Shown here one piece after another: positions 1 through 9,847 of a DNA stretch of 64,000 bases. Position numbers and translations under genes: made by a program. Origin of the DNA: Salinispira sp. (GTDB lineage: Bacteria; Spirochaetota; Spirochaetia; DSM-27196; Salinispiraceae); the NCBI GenBank assembly GCA_965226555.1, contig CBDDDG010000001.1, forward strand, positions 96,001-160,000, written 5' to 3'. The notes under the pieces are model-generated. The model saw nothing but the letters and a program-made list of their open reading frames with translations. It did not search any database and was not told the DNA's origin. The first letter of the stretch is position 1. Each line of letters opens with the position of its first letter.

Positions 1-1
1 C

Positions 2-550
2 AATTGTAAGAACATAGTGGTCAATGGCGGCATCCAACATGGAGAACACAAGGTAATCTGTCCCCATTTGCCGCGCGCGTCCCAAATTATCCCTGAGCCT
101 CCGCCGAATCTGATCGAACACATCGCCCTGAACTTCCTGAATGGTTATGACACATTGCCGGGTAATAATAATGTTGAGCTGCTCCGCGACAATAAGATCG
201 CCATCGAGCGAAAGCATCTTAACAATCATATAGCTGTATTCAGGATGATCCTCATACTTGGGAGCGTGCGCATCGTTGGCAATATCTTCAATGGTGAGCG
301 GATGAATTCCATAGTACGATGCAATACTTTCCAACGCAGTTCTGTTATTCCCGACAATATTGACCCAGTGCAGACACTTCGGATTCAGATTCCACTCTTC
401 CGGCCGGTACGATGCAAGCACCCGCTCCGCGCAGTAATTTTTCGTCCACTCAATACAATTCAGTACCGACACCTGATTCCCCGCAGTCTCCGGTAGAGAC
501 CCGGGAATAGAATCAATATCAATTTGTTTTGTGCTGATATACTTTGCCAT
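2..550 (-). CDS. corA: CorA-family Mg2+/Co2+ transporter, 5' part (runs off the left edge)
   Basis: Manual minus-strand translation from ATG at 550: MAKYISTKQ...LHWVNIVG...YGIHPLTIEDIAN...PKYED...EQLNIII...TIQEVQGDVFDQIRRRL...DYLVFSMLDAAIDHY, the typical CorA N-terminal domain. GAGG SD upstream. Not in the ORF track because there is no stop in the window. Confidence 0.9.
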   Translation of the reverse strand, partial: MAKYISTKQIDIDSIPGSLPETAGNQVSVLNCIEWTKNYCAERVLASYRPEEWNLNPKCLHWVNIVGNNRTALESIASYYGIHPLTIEDIANDAHAPKYEDHPEYSYMIVKMLSLDGDLIVAEQLNIIITRQCVITIQEVQGDVFDQIRRRLRDNLGRARQMGTDYLVFSMLDAAIDHYVLTI

Positions 551-569
551 AAGTCCTCACCAGCCCGCC

Positions 570-3500
570 TCAGAGCGGAGCGTCCGCGGATGTTCCAGCC
601 GCAATCGTTTTCCGGTATTCTATAGCAAAGTTTTGCATTGATATCCGCCTAAGCTGCGGGCATTCGCCGGAGAGGGCGTTCAGGGCTTCGGGGTCGGCAA
701 GCACCGTCCGGTGAGCGCCCGGAAGGGCGCGGACAAGTCGTTCGGCAGCCTGCTGAATGTCGGTTCCGGTGCTTTCAATGAGCCAGCGGCGGCGCTGGCG
801 GCGCAGATCATCGCTTATGCCGCAGGAGAAGCGCCGAAAACTGAGGTCTCCCTTTTCCGCAGGGGAAAGGGGGTGGAGTTCCCTCCCCGCGAGATAAATT
901 TTTGCGAGATCAAGATCCGCTTGGTTAAGAGGAGCGGATGCGAGTATGTTCAGGCTATCGGCACAGGCAGCCCAGCTCCGGCTGATCGCAGGATCACGGT
1001 AGGTAGCAAAGCTGAATGTAGCATTGAGGGGATCTGAGTTGCAGAATGCGCCGTAGGCGCCGCCTTCCGCGCGGATTTTATCGTGGAAAATTCCGGTGCG
1101 CAGAATGTGGCTGAGAATTTGTTCGTGAACCTGTTCCCGTTCGTTCATACCAGATGCGGGGATGGCGAGGGCAGTAAAATTGACCTTGGAGGTATATTCT
1201 ATGCCTTCGGCGCCCTCCTTTGTAGGGGTATCTGTTCTGCGCTGCATGTGGTTGTGGTCCTGAATGAGCAGGGGCCGGGTAATGTCCGACAGCGGAGTGA
1301 GAGATTTCTGAAAAGGCGCATCGTTAACATTCCCGGTAGTCTTTCTGTCAGCCCTTCTATCAGTTTTTTTGGCAGTTTTCAGCGCATTCAGGAACTTTGC
1401 GAGCTGCGTCCGCAGGCGCGGAGCCTGTTGTTCTTCGCAGACAATACTGAGATTAAGCGATTCAGGGCTCCATATCATGCGCATGAGGGCAGAAAGCGCA
1501 GCGGGAGAGAGAAAAATATTCCCATTTTTGCGCGCGCCGCCGCCTTCATCAGCATTCTCTTTCAGGGAATGAGCATACTGGTGAAGAGTTTCAATAAAGC
1601 GGGACTGAATAACCCCCCACCACAGGTCATCACTGAAAGCCGAAGAGGAAAATCCGCGCCGCGCCCGTATGTCGGCGTAGTTGCTGCCGTGGGGTATTAT
1701 GTCTGCGCGGAAATCGTTACGATATTCCCGGTATATCTCCCGAATATAATGCTGATCGGAAAAATCGGCAGATACCAGAATTTCCTGCAACAGAGCGAGC
1801 CCATCTCCGCTCATATCATCCAGAGTTTTGAGGCGGATGCAGATAAATTGCCGCTGCCCGGCGCGGTCTGAGCGTCCGGTACTCAGGCCGGTTTGTCCGG
1901 TACTCAGGCCGGTCTGCCCTGCGGCGCGCCCGGTGCTGCTAAGGTCTGTGTGGTGAACAGGACTGAGTGAGAAGCCGCCCGTTTTCAGTCCCCATTCGGT
2001 GGACATGTGAGAATACGATTTTGTTTTTGTACCGAGCTGCGGGAGGAGGTGGGCGAGGAAGGGAATAAATATCTGCAATTCTTTTTCCATGTCTGTGATG
2101 TCGAAATACACATTAATGTAGCTTACGCTGTTGGTAAAGATTTTATGGATATGAAGCGGGCATCCCTGTACATCGCCTTCCTCTCGGGGAATGGTTCGGA
2201 TATCCCGCGGAATGTCATCCACCGTAAGAACAGGAAATTGTGCGATATCTTCAGGCCGGTCTTCCTGCTGCTGGAACTTCTGAAACATTTCGCTTGTCTG
2301 CCTGAGAATATCAGGAGCATGAGCGCCGAGCGATTGAACCTTACGGGATACGAGCTCGCGTTCAGCCTGTTCCTCGCGGGCGCTCAGTTGGGGGTCGGGA
2401 CTGACCGTGAGGCGGCTGCGGTGCGGATTGCTCAGGATAGCGCGGATTAATTCTCTGAAAAAATCCTGATCGCCGATGTTTTTCAGGTTTTCAAGATGCG
2501 CGGTGAACTGCATGGCCAGTCCTGGTGTTTCGCCATGCAGCCAGCGTTTGAGGGTTCGTAAGAGAAGACGGAGCCCAAAGGGCGCGCCGCCCTTTATTTC
2601 CCTGTTATGAAATTCAAAACGCAGAAATGAGGCCCGAATGAGATCGGGATCAAGCCCTTCGCTAACTACCCGCTCCAGCCCTGAAATAATGAGCTTTTCC
2701 ACTGCTGCAGCATGTTCTGCCTGTGTTCCCCGAATTCCAATGGTGAAGACGGGTTGGCGGAAATCGCTTTCAAAACCGGTACTATCGCTCATGTCCTCCC
2801 CGAGTTCCGATTCAAGAATGAGTTTCTGAATGGGGCTGGCGGGAGTTCCGAAGAGGATGTCGCTCAGGAGCTCCATTTTAATGATGTCGGCTCCGCTTTT
2901 TGGCTCAGGAATGAGCCAGTTGATATCCACAGACGTTCCATCGTTCTTTTCTTTGTCTGCCGGATATTTCACTTCGAAGGTCCGGGGATTGTCCCAGCTC
3001 TGCTGGAGCGGAACAGTTGCGCTGCTGCGCTTTTTCAGTTCATCTTCACTGAATCGTGAAAAAATACATTCATCGAGGAAGGTGAGGTAATCTTCACTTG
3101 CTATGTTGCCGTAAAGAAAAATTCGGCAATTTGAGGGATGATAATATCTGCGGTGAAAGGCGCAAAATTCCTCATAGCTCAGATCAGGAATGTCAGCAGG
3201 ATCACCGCCCGAATCGTAGGCGTAGGGGGTATCGGGAAGGATACTCCGATATGTCCAGTCGCGGGCTATCGATTCCTGGGTTGAATATTGAGCCTTCATC
3301 TCATTGTAGACAATACCCGCAATGCGGGCGCCGGCGCTGTCGGCATCGGTACTGTCGGCATCGGTACTGTGAGCGGCGGCGCTGCCGGCGCTGGCATCCA
3401 TTTCAAGACGATGCCCCTCCTGGAGAAAATGTTCCTTACGGAGCAGGGGAAAAAAGACCGCATCGGCATAGATCGACATGAGATTAAACAGATCCTTCCG

Positions 3501-3890
3501 AACAGGAGAAGCCGCCGGATAGATGGTTTTATCAGGAAAGGTCATCGCATTCAGAAAGGTCTGCATACTTCCCTTGTAGAGCATGAAAAAGGGGTCGCGA
3601 ATCGGATACCGTTCGGAGCCGCATAAGACCGTATGTTCGAGAATGTGGGCAACGCCGGTGGAATTTGCGGGCAGGGTGGTGAAATTGAAACTGAAGAGGT
3701 TTTCATCATCCGTGTTATCAACATGGTATATTTCTGCGCCGCTCAATTCTTCAACGAAAAGAATACCACGGCTTTTATACTCGTCTAAATTGTCAACTGA
3801 TTTTACCCGAAAACGTCCAATTATCTGGCCGGGAGAAAATGCGCTGCTGCCGCTGCCGTTATTGGCGCCGCGGGAAGGAATATGTTTCAT
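570..3890 (-). CDS. Insulinase-family (M16C, PreP/falcilysin-like) zinc metallopeptidase
   Basis: Inverted HXXEH motif GVAHILEHTVLCGS, TFLNAMTFPDKTIYP, GIVYNEMK, YYHPSN, C-terminal IRAEGGAYG and YRDP. Confidence 0.95.
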   Translation of the reverse strand: MKHIPSRGANNGSGSSAFSPGQIIGRFRVKSVDNLDEYKSRGILFVEELSGAEIYHVDNTDDENLFSFNFTTLPANSTGVAHILEHTVLCGSERYPIRDPFFMLYKGSMQTFLNAMTFPDKTIYPAASPVRKDLFNLMSIYADAVFFPLLRKEHFLQEGHRLEMDASAGSAAAHSTDADSTDADSAGARIAGIVYNEMKAQYSTQESIARDWTYRSILPDTPYAYDSGGDPADIPDLSYEEFCAFHRRYYHPSNCRIFLYGNIASEDYLTFLDECIFSRFSEDELKKRSSATVPLQQSWDNPRTFEVKYPADKEKNDGTSVDINWLIPEPKSGADIIKMELLSDILFGTPASPIQKLILESELGEDMSDSTGFESDFRQPVFTIGIRGTQAEHAAAVEKLIISGLERVVSEGLDPDLIRASFLRFEFHNREIKGGAPFGLRLLLRTLKRWLHGETPGLAMQFTAHLENLKNIGDQDFFRELIRAILSNPHRSRLTVSPDPQLSAREEQAERELVSRKVQSLGAHAPDILRQTSEMFQKFQQQEDRPEDIAQFPVLTVDDIPRDIRTIPREEGDVQGCPLHIHKIFTNSVSYINVYFDITDMEKELQIFIPFLAHLLPQLGTKTKSYSHMSTEWGLKTGGFSLSPVHHTDLSSTGRAAGQTGLSTGQTGLSTGRSDRAGQRQFICIRLKTLDDMSGDGLALLQEILVSADFSDQHYIREIYREYRNDFRADIIPHGSNYADIRARRGFSSSAFSDDLWWGVIQSRFIETLHQYAHSLKENADEGGGARKNGNIFLSPAALSALMRMIWSPESLNLSIVCEEQQAPRLRTQLAKFLNALKTAKKTDRRADRKTTGNVNDAPFQKSLTPLSDITRPLLIQDHNHMQRRTDTPTKEGAEGIEYTSKVNFTALAIPASGMNEREQVHEQILSHILRTGIFHDKIRAEGGAYGAFCNSDPLNATFSFATYRDPAISRSWAACADSLNILASAPLNQADLDLAKIYLAGRELHPLSPAEKGDLSFRRFSCGISDDLRRQRRRWLIESTGTDIQQAAERLVRALPGAHRTVLADPEALNALSGECPQLRRISMQNFAIEYRKTIAAGTSADAPL

Positions 3891-3897
3891 AATGTGT

Positions 3898-4572
3898 TCA
3901 CCATTCTGAATCTGTCATAAGAGTCAGTTTGTTTTTTGCCCGCTGATCGTCCGGATTAATTTTCAGAACTTTGCGGAAGGCCTTTATGGCATCAATGTTT
4001 CTATGAAGTCCGTAGTAGGCTTGTCCGAGCATGTAGTGCGCTTCGCTGAGGTTAGGGGTTTCCTCAAGAAGTTCTTCAAGAAGGATGACAGCATCGGAGA
4101 ATTCATTCTGTTTGAGTTTGAGTTGGGCAAGGAAGAAGTTTGCTATGAGAGATTCAGGCGCGTTATTGCGGAAGGCGCTGAAGGCCTGTTGTGAATCATC
4201 TTCCTTACCAAGAAAAAAATTGATGAGACCGACAAAGTAGGCTGCCATGGCATGTCCGTCCTTTTGCATGACCCTGTTAAAGGCTTCCAGCGATTTCACC
4301 AGCTCCCCTCTCCGAAAATACGTGACCCCCAGTTTGTAATAGGCCAGACCCCAATGAGGTTCACACTGCAACGCTTTAAGATACCACTCGATGCTCTGTT
4401 TGAGTTTTCCTGTTGAATAATAAATGTTTCCAATTGTCAAAGGTATAAAGCTGCTTTTCGGATACTTTTTGAGCAGTGTAAGAAATGATTTCTCGGCTGC
4501 ATCCCAGTTGCCGAGCATGAAATCGCTCATGGCTTCAATGTATTCCGGATCGGATTGATTCAGTGCCTTCAT
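3898..4572 (-). CDS. Tetratricopeptide repeat protein
   Basis: TPR-like helices (AYYKLGVTYF, AHYMLGQAYY...ALK/INPDD); 4-bp overlap with the fumC stop. Confidence 0.85.
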   Translation of the reverse strand: MKALNQSDPEYIEAMSDFMLGNWDAAEKSFLTLLKKYPKSSFIPLTIGNIYYSTGKLKQSIEWYLKALQCEPHWGLAYYKLGVTYFRRGELVKSLEAFNRVMQKDGHAMAAYFVGLINFFLGKEDDSQQAFSAFRNNAPESLIANFFLAQLKLKQNEFSDAVILLEELLEETPNLSEAHYMLGQAYYGLHRNIDAIKAFRKVLKINPDDQRAKNKLTLMTDSEW

Positions 4573-5948
4573 ATCATGCTCCTCGGGTCAAGAATTGAAT
4601 TGAGTTCATCTTCACTGATAATTTTCTCTTCAAGAACAAGATCGCGAATTTTTTTCTTCTCCCTGTATGCCCGGTAGGCCAGCGTACTCGCCCGATCATA
4701 GCCGATTTTCACAGCCAGCGGAGTAACCATGGCGAGGCTCCAGTCTATCCAGTAACGGCAGCGTTCGCTGTCGGCCGCGGCGCCGCGAATGGCCTTGTCG
4801 GCCAGTGTGTTGCAGGCCTTTGTGAGTATGGTAATGGAGCTCAGCACTTCATAGGCTATGAGGGGGTTCATCATGTTCAGTTCGAGAGGCGCGTTCTGTC
4901 CTCCCATGGTAACGGAAATGACCTTACCGTGAACATGGGCAGCAACCTGAATGATCATTTCCGGAATAACAGGGTTCACCTTCCCGGGCATAATGGAGCT
5001 GCCGGGCTGAAGGCTGGGAAGAAGAATTTCACCGAGGGCGCCGCGGGGACCGCTGGCAAGAAGGCGCAGATCGTTGGCAATTTTCATAAGCGATGTTGCA
5101 AGAACATTCACTGCCCCCATAAATGCTACCTGAGCGTCTCGGGCGGCAATGCCTTCAAACTTGTTAGCGGCAGGAACAAAGCCTATGCCGGTATCGGCGG
5201 CAATGCCGGAAATTGCGCGGTCGGCAAAGTCCGGGTGAGTGTTCAGACCCGTACCAATTGCCGTACCGCCGAGGGGAAGTTCTTCCATGTCAGCAAAGCT
5301 GTTGCGGATGCGCGCCGCGGCCTTTTGAATTTGCAGGGCGTACACAGCAAATTCCTGACCGAGGGACATGGGTACGGCGTCCTGAAGGTGGGTTCGCCCG
5401 AGTTTGAGTACCTCGGAAAATTCATCGGCCTTTGCCGTGAAGGCATCGGCGAGGTTGGTAAGTGAGGCGAGCAGGCCATCCGCTTCAACGCGGTTGGAAA
5501 TGTGCAGGGCTGCGGGGATAACGTCGTTTGAGCTTTGTCCGCGGTTGACGTGATCATTCGGATGTACGGGTTTCCGCATGCCGATGGGTTCGCCGAGAAT
5601 TTCATTTGCGCGGTTGGCGATGACTTCGTTCGCGTTCATATTGCTGCTGGTGCCGCTGCCGGTCTGAAACACATCAACCGGAAAATGGTCATTCCATTTT
5701 CCCTCATACACCTCTGTTGCGGCCTGTATAATGGCCTCCGCACGTTCCGGCTCCAGAAGTCCGAGCTCCCGGTTCGCAGCGGCGGCATTCTTCTTAATGA
5801 GGGCGATTGCCTGAATCATTGCCGACGGCAGGACAATGCCCGATATCCTGAAATTCTCTACAGCCCGCTGTGTCTGCGCGCCCCAATAGGCCCATGCGGG
5901 AATTTCAATATCTCCCATGCTGTCTGACTCAATTCTTTTTTCATTCAT
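4569..5948 (-). CDS. fumC: Class II fumarate hydratase
   Basis: RIESDSMG, QTGSGTSSNMNANEV, HPNDHVNRGQSSND, GRTHLQDA, GSSIMPGKVNP signature. Confidence 0.93.
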   Translation of the reverse strand: MNEKRIESDSMGDIEIPAWAYWGAQTQRAVENFRISGIVLPSAMIQAIALIKKNAAAANRELGLLEPERAEAIIQAATEVYEGKWNDHFPVDVFQTGSGTSSNMNANEVIANRANEILGEPIGMRKPVHPNDHVNRGQSSNDVIPAALHISNRVEADGLLASLTNLADAFTAKADEFSEVLKLGRTHLQDAVPMSLGQEFAVYALQIQKAAARIRNSFADMEELPLGGTAIGTGLNTHPDFADRAISGIAADTGIGFVPAANKFEGIAARDAQVAFMGAVNVLATSLMKIANDLRLLASGPRGALGEILLPSLQPGSSIMPGKVNPVIPEMIIQVAAHVHGKVISVTMGGQNAPLELNMMNPLIAYEVLSSITILTKACNTLADKAIRGAAADSERCRYWIDWSLAMVTPLAVKIGYDRASTLAYRAYREKKKIRDLVLEEKIISEDELNSILDPRSMI

Positions 5949-6196
5949 AAAAATTTTTGCTCCTGAAAGTTTCCGCTATATGGCAAGCATTTCATATAGT
6001 TCTCCATAAATTCCCAATTCGGGTTGCCATCCTCATTATAAGGATATTTGCCTTCTCCGTACTCCTTTATTTCCTTCTTTGTAAAACTCTTTGAACCTTT
6101 TATTTCAAATAGATCTTTCAAACTAAAATACTGCCACTTATGAAGTGGAATAATGGGTGAGCCATGCCTTCTTAATGCTGTCCCATTTATTATCAT
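5945..6196 (-). pseudogene. Internally deleted restriction-modification specificity (S/beta) subunit remnant
   Basis: WQYFSLKDLFEIKG...GKYPY joined directly to the C-terminal GNPNWEFMENYMKCLPYS typical of type IIB/S subunits; only 83 codons. Confidence 0.7.
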
Positions 6197-6234
6197 AATT
6201 TGCCCTGCCTCCCACTTTCATATTATAAAAACCA

Positions 6235-6863
6235 TCATTTTTCCAGTAGGCAAAATATGACTTGTACCCTTCTCTGTGTGGTTCCTTGGCTTTCATAACA
6301 ATTACACACGTTGTTGTACCTGCCTTTCATTAAATTACTTCTCCCATCGCCATGAATGTACATATTGGAGCATAGGAGCGAATAAATATCGTGTTGGAAT
6401 TCAACACCTACTATTTGACTTTGTTTAATGTGCCTTTCTTTTTCTTCATTGCCACCAGCATCTCTAATCATGTTTTTCATGGCAGATATTAAGAATCCAC
6501 CGGTACCCGTGCAGGTATCTAAAACCACAGAAGCCTTGTTCACATAGGCTATTTCAGAAAATAATTCTGTTATATGGGGAGGAGTCAAAACTATGCCCAA
6601 ACCTTTGTCGTTATTGGCACATCGTAAAAATTCTATATAAAACTGCCCGAGGGCATCGAAGTACTTATATTGTTATCATCGCCGCTAACAGCAATGGCAA
6701 GAACATCGTATTCTTTAGACAAAAAAGAGGCATAGAGCAAAACCCCATCGACAGCATAACTCCCATATTGTTTTCTATTCTGGCTTTCGTGTTGAGTTAC
6801 ACTGGCCTTACATTCAACAACAATGATTACATGTACATTTTCCGTTATTCTCTCGTTAGCCAT
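6235..6863 (-). pseudogene. Fragmented BcgI-like (type IIB/IIG) endonuclease-N6-methyltransferase
   Basis: MANERITEN / IVVECKA / YAVDGVLLYA in one frame. FDALGQFYIEFLR.ANNDKGLGIVLTPPHITELF, VLDTCTGTGGFL (motif I) and NMYIHGDGRSN in another frame. No NPPY motif; frame break and large deletions. Confidence 0.8.
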
Positions 6864-6895
6864 TTATCTCCCTCTGCGCTGAATGGTCCACAAGA

Positions 6896-6935
6896 GAAAC
6901 TTTTGCAAAGCACAATTTTCAGTAGCAAAACTTTC
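6896..6935 (-). repeat. Degenerate copy of the palindromic repeat family (GAAACTTTTGC...GCACAATT...GTAGCAAAACTTT)
   Basis: Shares arms with the 130-bp elements at 37941, 41589 and 42152; a further fragment lies at ~6946-6974. Confidence 0.7.
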
Positions 6936-6973
6936 CAAGAGTATAACAGAAACCTTCATTAATGCAAAAGTTT

Positions 6974-8119
6974 TTATCTGAATTTTATTGATGATAAAAA
7001 CGATGCAGCCGATTCTAATCCTTTCCAGAAAAAGTCATTCTCATTAATATTGTGGAAAATAGTAGAAAAGTTCTTCATTAATTGACGCCTGTGATCTTTT
7101 TCCTTCTCTTTTTGGATGATTTTAACAGCTGGAGGATTATTTCTCAATGATACAGCGCGCAGAAAAATATCGCGAATATCAATATCGGAAACGGGGAGCG
7201 AATAGCCAATAAAGGTAATTTTATGAGCATTTTGAATTGCATGGAGTACCTCCGTTTGTATCGATTGAAAACTCCCAATAAATTTATGCTTATGAAAAGT
7301 TGGCGTTACAATAATCGGCTGCAATGCAACACTGCGCTTCGATAAAATTTGTCGATCCTCATCGGATTCAAAAAGAATTGGAATTTCTGTAGATTGCTGA
7401 GTATTCTGCCCTGTCGATTCTTGCAAAATTTCTTCTGATTTTTTATCTGAAAAACAATAGATGCACGTTTCATATTCTAGGGATTGAGAATCTACTCTGA
7501 ATAAACGCTCGCATGCCGGACACAATCGCCAATCGATGGAGCCATGAGGCTTGAGTACTGTTATTGGTTTTTGATTCGAATCGGTATCTGTTCCATTTTT
7601 CATTACTATTGGGATGGTATCTCCAAAATGAATATCATACTCATAATCTTGCTTGAGAAGCATTTCCAATAGCCAATCCCAATTCATGCTAATAAAGGTT
7701 ACCTGTACATTTTCTTGAATAATCTGACTCATTAATGAATGAAACGGGCTCGGATCAATATCATGGCTCATCTGTTCTGTTAAGAGAATGAGAATGAGTG
7801 AATTTAAAGACGTTTTAATTTCTAATAATTTTTGCGGAGTATAAGTTCCTAAATTTCTTTCTGCTGCAATTGCTGAATCAATACTGCTATAGACATCTTC
7901 CAATAATATCTGCTCCTCAATAGTTTGATTACCGTAAACTGCTCGCAAAAATTTCACAACATCATGTACTAAAGGAGCAGATTCAATGCTTACGCGTTCA
8001 CGAAAATCATCTGCCAGAATTTTAGTAAGCAATTGTTCCTGAAGAGGAAATCCCATCGCGCGGGAGAATCCGGCACCGATAATTACCGTGTGTGTTTTTG
8101 CTGGATGAGTTTTATCCAA
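6974..8119 (-). CDS. SIR2-like (SIR2_2) protein, probable NADase effector, with a CxxC...CxxC insert
   Basis: IIGAGFS, SMNWDWLLE, LKPHGSIDW, CPAC/CIYC, IVTPT, FIGYSLP.SD. Confidence 0.88.
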   Translation of the reverse strand: MDKTHPAKTHTVIIGAGFSRAMGFPLQEQLLTKILADDFRERVSIESAPLVHDVVKFLRAVYGNQTIEEQILLEDVYSSIDSAIAAERNLGTYTPQKLLEIKTSLNSLILILLTEQMSHDIDPSPFHSLMSQIIQENVQVTFISMNWDWLLEMLLKQDYEYDIHFGDTIPIVMKNGTDTDSNQKPITVLKPHGSIDWRLCPACERLFRVDSQSLEYETCIYCFSDKKSEEILQESTGQNTQQSTEIPILFESDEDRQILSKRSVALQPIIVTPTFHKHKFIGSFQSIQTEVLHAIQNAHKITFIGYSLPVSDIDIRDIFLRAVSLRNNPPAVKIIQKEKEKDHRRQLMKNFSTIFHNINENDFFWKGLESAASFLSSIKFR

Positions 8120-9444
8120 ATTTTTAGGTGCTCCGTAGATGTATATTCAGATTTTTTATTCCATTCAATGAAATCATGCAGGTTTTTCATATTGATCTTA
8201 TCCTCTACAATCTCAGAAATTTTATTCAACACAAAATGCACTTGATTATTCCACAATGTTTCAGATGTCGGCATGAGCTTTTCAGTATTGGGGATTGCTT
8301 TTCTCGCCCCATAATGTTCGGCAAAAACTGTTTGAGTAAATTTCCCTGGGGACAATATTTCATGGCATTTCAAGCAGCCGCACACTTTCTTAGTATAGGC
8401 TGAATCAAATTCCTTTCTCATTTGCAGAATTGCATCGACAATTTCAAACCTCATTCGCTGTTGCGCGTACGGCAAATAAAATTTGGCAGTCGGTAGTCCT
8501 CCTCCAACCGGCAATACGCTGCGATATTCTCCATAACCCGGCCCATGAGCAATACCATTCAGTCGTTTTTCTTTTTTCAAAAGCGTAGAAAACCCGCCTC
8601 CATATAAATTAATGACTTTTTTACCTTTATAGTTAAAATGTATGAGCAATTCCCGATACGCTTGCAGGTATTTTTCATTTTGAGAAGTCTCGTCAAAATT
8701 ATTAATCCACAACAGCAATGTGGAAATTTTTGATGTGGAATACACGTCCTTAATCTGCTTCATTTTATCTGGGTCTAATAAAACACTCTTTTCTACAATT
8801 ATCTCCAAAGCAGTCTCTATATCGTCATTTCTTGGATTTTTGTCATACTCTTGAATAATCGTTTTGTTTATTTTTAACGCTTTGTCAAAATCTGCAAGAG
8901 TCATGTATAAGCAGGGCAGTATTATAAATGTTGGTTTAGGAGAAATATCGGATTCTTCTTCGTAATCAGAATAACCTTTTTTTTCCATTGCTTCTTGGGA
9001 CAGGCTGTTTTGAATATAATGTGTTTGAAATTCCAGAACATTTTTCGTGAGGTCACTAATATTGGCTGCTATATCGGAGAATTGGAGGGCTTGCTTGGTT
9101 TTGATAATTTGTTGGCCTAAGCGACCAAAACGCTGCAGTAATTTCTCCATAGATTTCTTTAGAGTCATACTATCTGTGTTCGCGTAGTACTTCAGTGGGT
9201 CTATGGTGAGAACATACGTCATAGGATCAATAAAAAATGAACAGTTTCCGAATGTTATTGTGAGCATTTTGGCAATTGCCGCCGGCGTATGTACGGCAAC
9301 ATTGCCGTTTATTACGATTCCAGTTTTTTTCTGGGAAATATATTGTTTTATTAAAGGTTCCAAGAGAATTTTTTTCTCGTTGTGAGAACCGAATCGGATA
9401 AACTGTTCAGTTTTCATTATGCTGCCTGCATAATTTAATATCAT
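8083..9444 (-). CDS. Hypothetical protein with a C-terminal CxCxxC...H putative Zn site (TGT/beta-protein-like barrel, inferred); alternative start at 9417
   Basis: 453-aa AT-rich ORF overlapping both neighbours; motifs FFIDPMTY, LLWINNFDE, NLYGG, GIAHGPGYGE, VGGGLP..KFYLP, CGCLKC...HF. Confidence 0.75.
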   Translation of the reverse strand: MILNYAGSIMKTEQFIRFGSHNEKKILLEPLIKQYISQKKTGIVINGNVAVHTPAAIAKMLTITFGNCSFFIDPMTYVLTIDPLKYYANTDSMTLKKSMEKLLQRFGRLGQQIIKTKQALQFSDIAANISDLTKNVLEFQTHYIQNSLSQEAMEKKGYSDYEEESDISPKPTFIILPCLYMTLADFDKALKINKTIIQEYDKNPRNDDIETALEIIVEKSVLLDPDKMKQIKDVYSTSKISTLLLWINNFDETSQNEKYLQAYRELLIHFNYKGKKVINLYGGGFSTLLKKEKRLNGIAHGPGYGEYRSVLPVGGGLPTAKFYLPYAQQRMRFEIVDAILQMRKEFDSAYTKKVCGCLKCHEILSPGKFTQTVFAEHYGARKAIPNTEKLMPTSETLWNNQVHFVLNKISEIVEDKINMKNLHDFIEWNKKSEYTSTEHLKIWIKLIQQKHTR

Positions 9445-9847
9445 CGAATATTTCTAAAAAATTCTTTCTTAAAAATTCATTATGCATTCTTGATTTTTTG
9501 TCGACAATCTTTTCTATTTCTTTCTTATCTTGATCCCAAATATAAAATGAGAGATCAAATTTGTTTATTTTTTCTTCAATTGTTGTTGTATTGCGCGGGA
9601 CAGTTGCCTTCGGCATAATGAGAATTGCCTTGTCGACAACACAGCTGTGATCCTTCAATTGTTCAATAGCTCTCTTCCAATTCTTTAGTTTTACTTCAAT
9701 AGAAATTAAGGAATTGTCCTTTTGCAAAAATATGTCTACAATACGCGACATGAGGGGAATTTCCCTATAAACCTTGTACGTTTTTCCGTCCAACGGTTCA
9801 TGGGTAAAATACCTAAGCAATTCCGTTTGAACTTTTGCCTCCGTCAC
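9407..9847 (-). CDS. Small PD-(D/E)XK-fold protein (sce7726/MmcB-like), 146 aa from a GTG start
   Basis: YREIP...IVDI...ISIEVKLKNWKRAIEQ motif; GTG at 9847 overlaps the upstream TGA (GTGA) and follows GGGAGA. Confidence 0.75.
   Translation of the reverse strand: MTEAKVQTELLRYFTHEPLDGKTYKVYREIPLMSRIVDIFLQKDNSLISIEVKLKNWKRAIEQLKDHSCVVDKAILIMPKATVPRNTTTIEEKINKFDLSFYIWDQDKKEIEKIVDKKSRMHNEFLRKNFLEIFDDIKLCRQHNEN

Noticed and set aside
17..496. 159-aa plus-strand ORF
   Set aside because: Antisense shadow of the minus-strand corA frame
626..639. CAAAGTTTTGCATT match to the repeat-family end inside the peptidase 3' end
   Set aside because: Single short arm with no partner; could be chance
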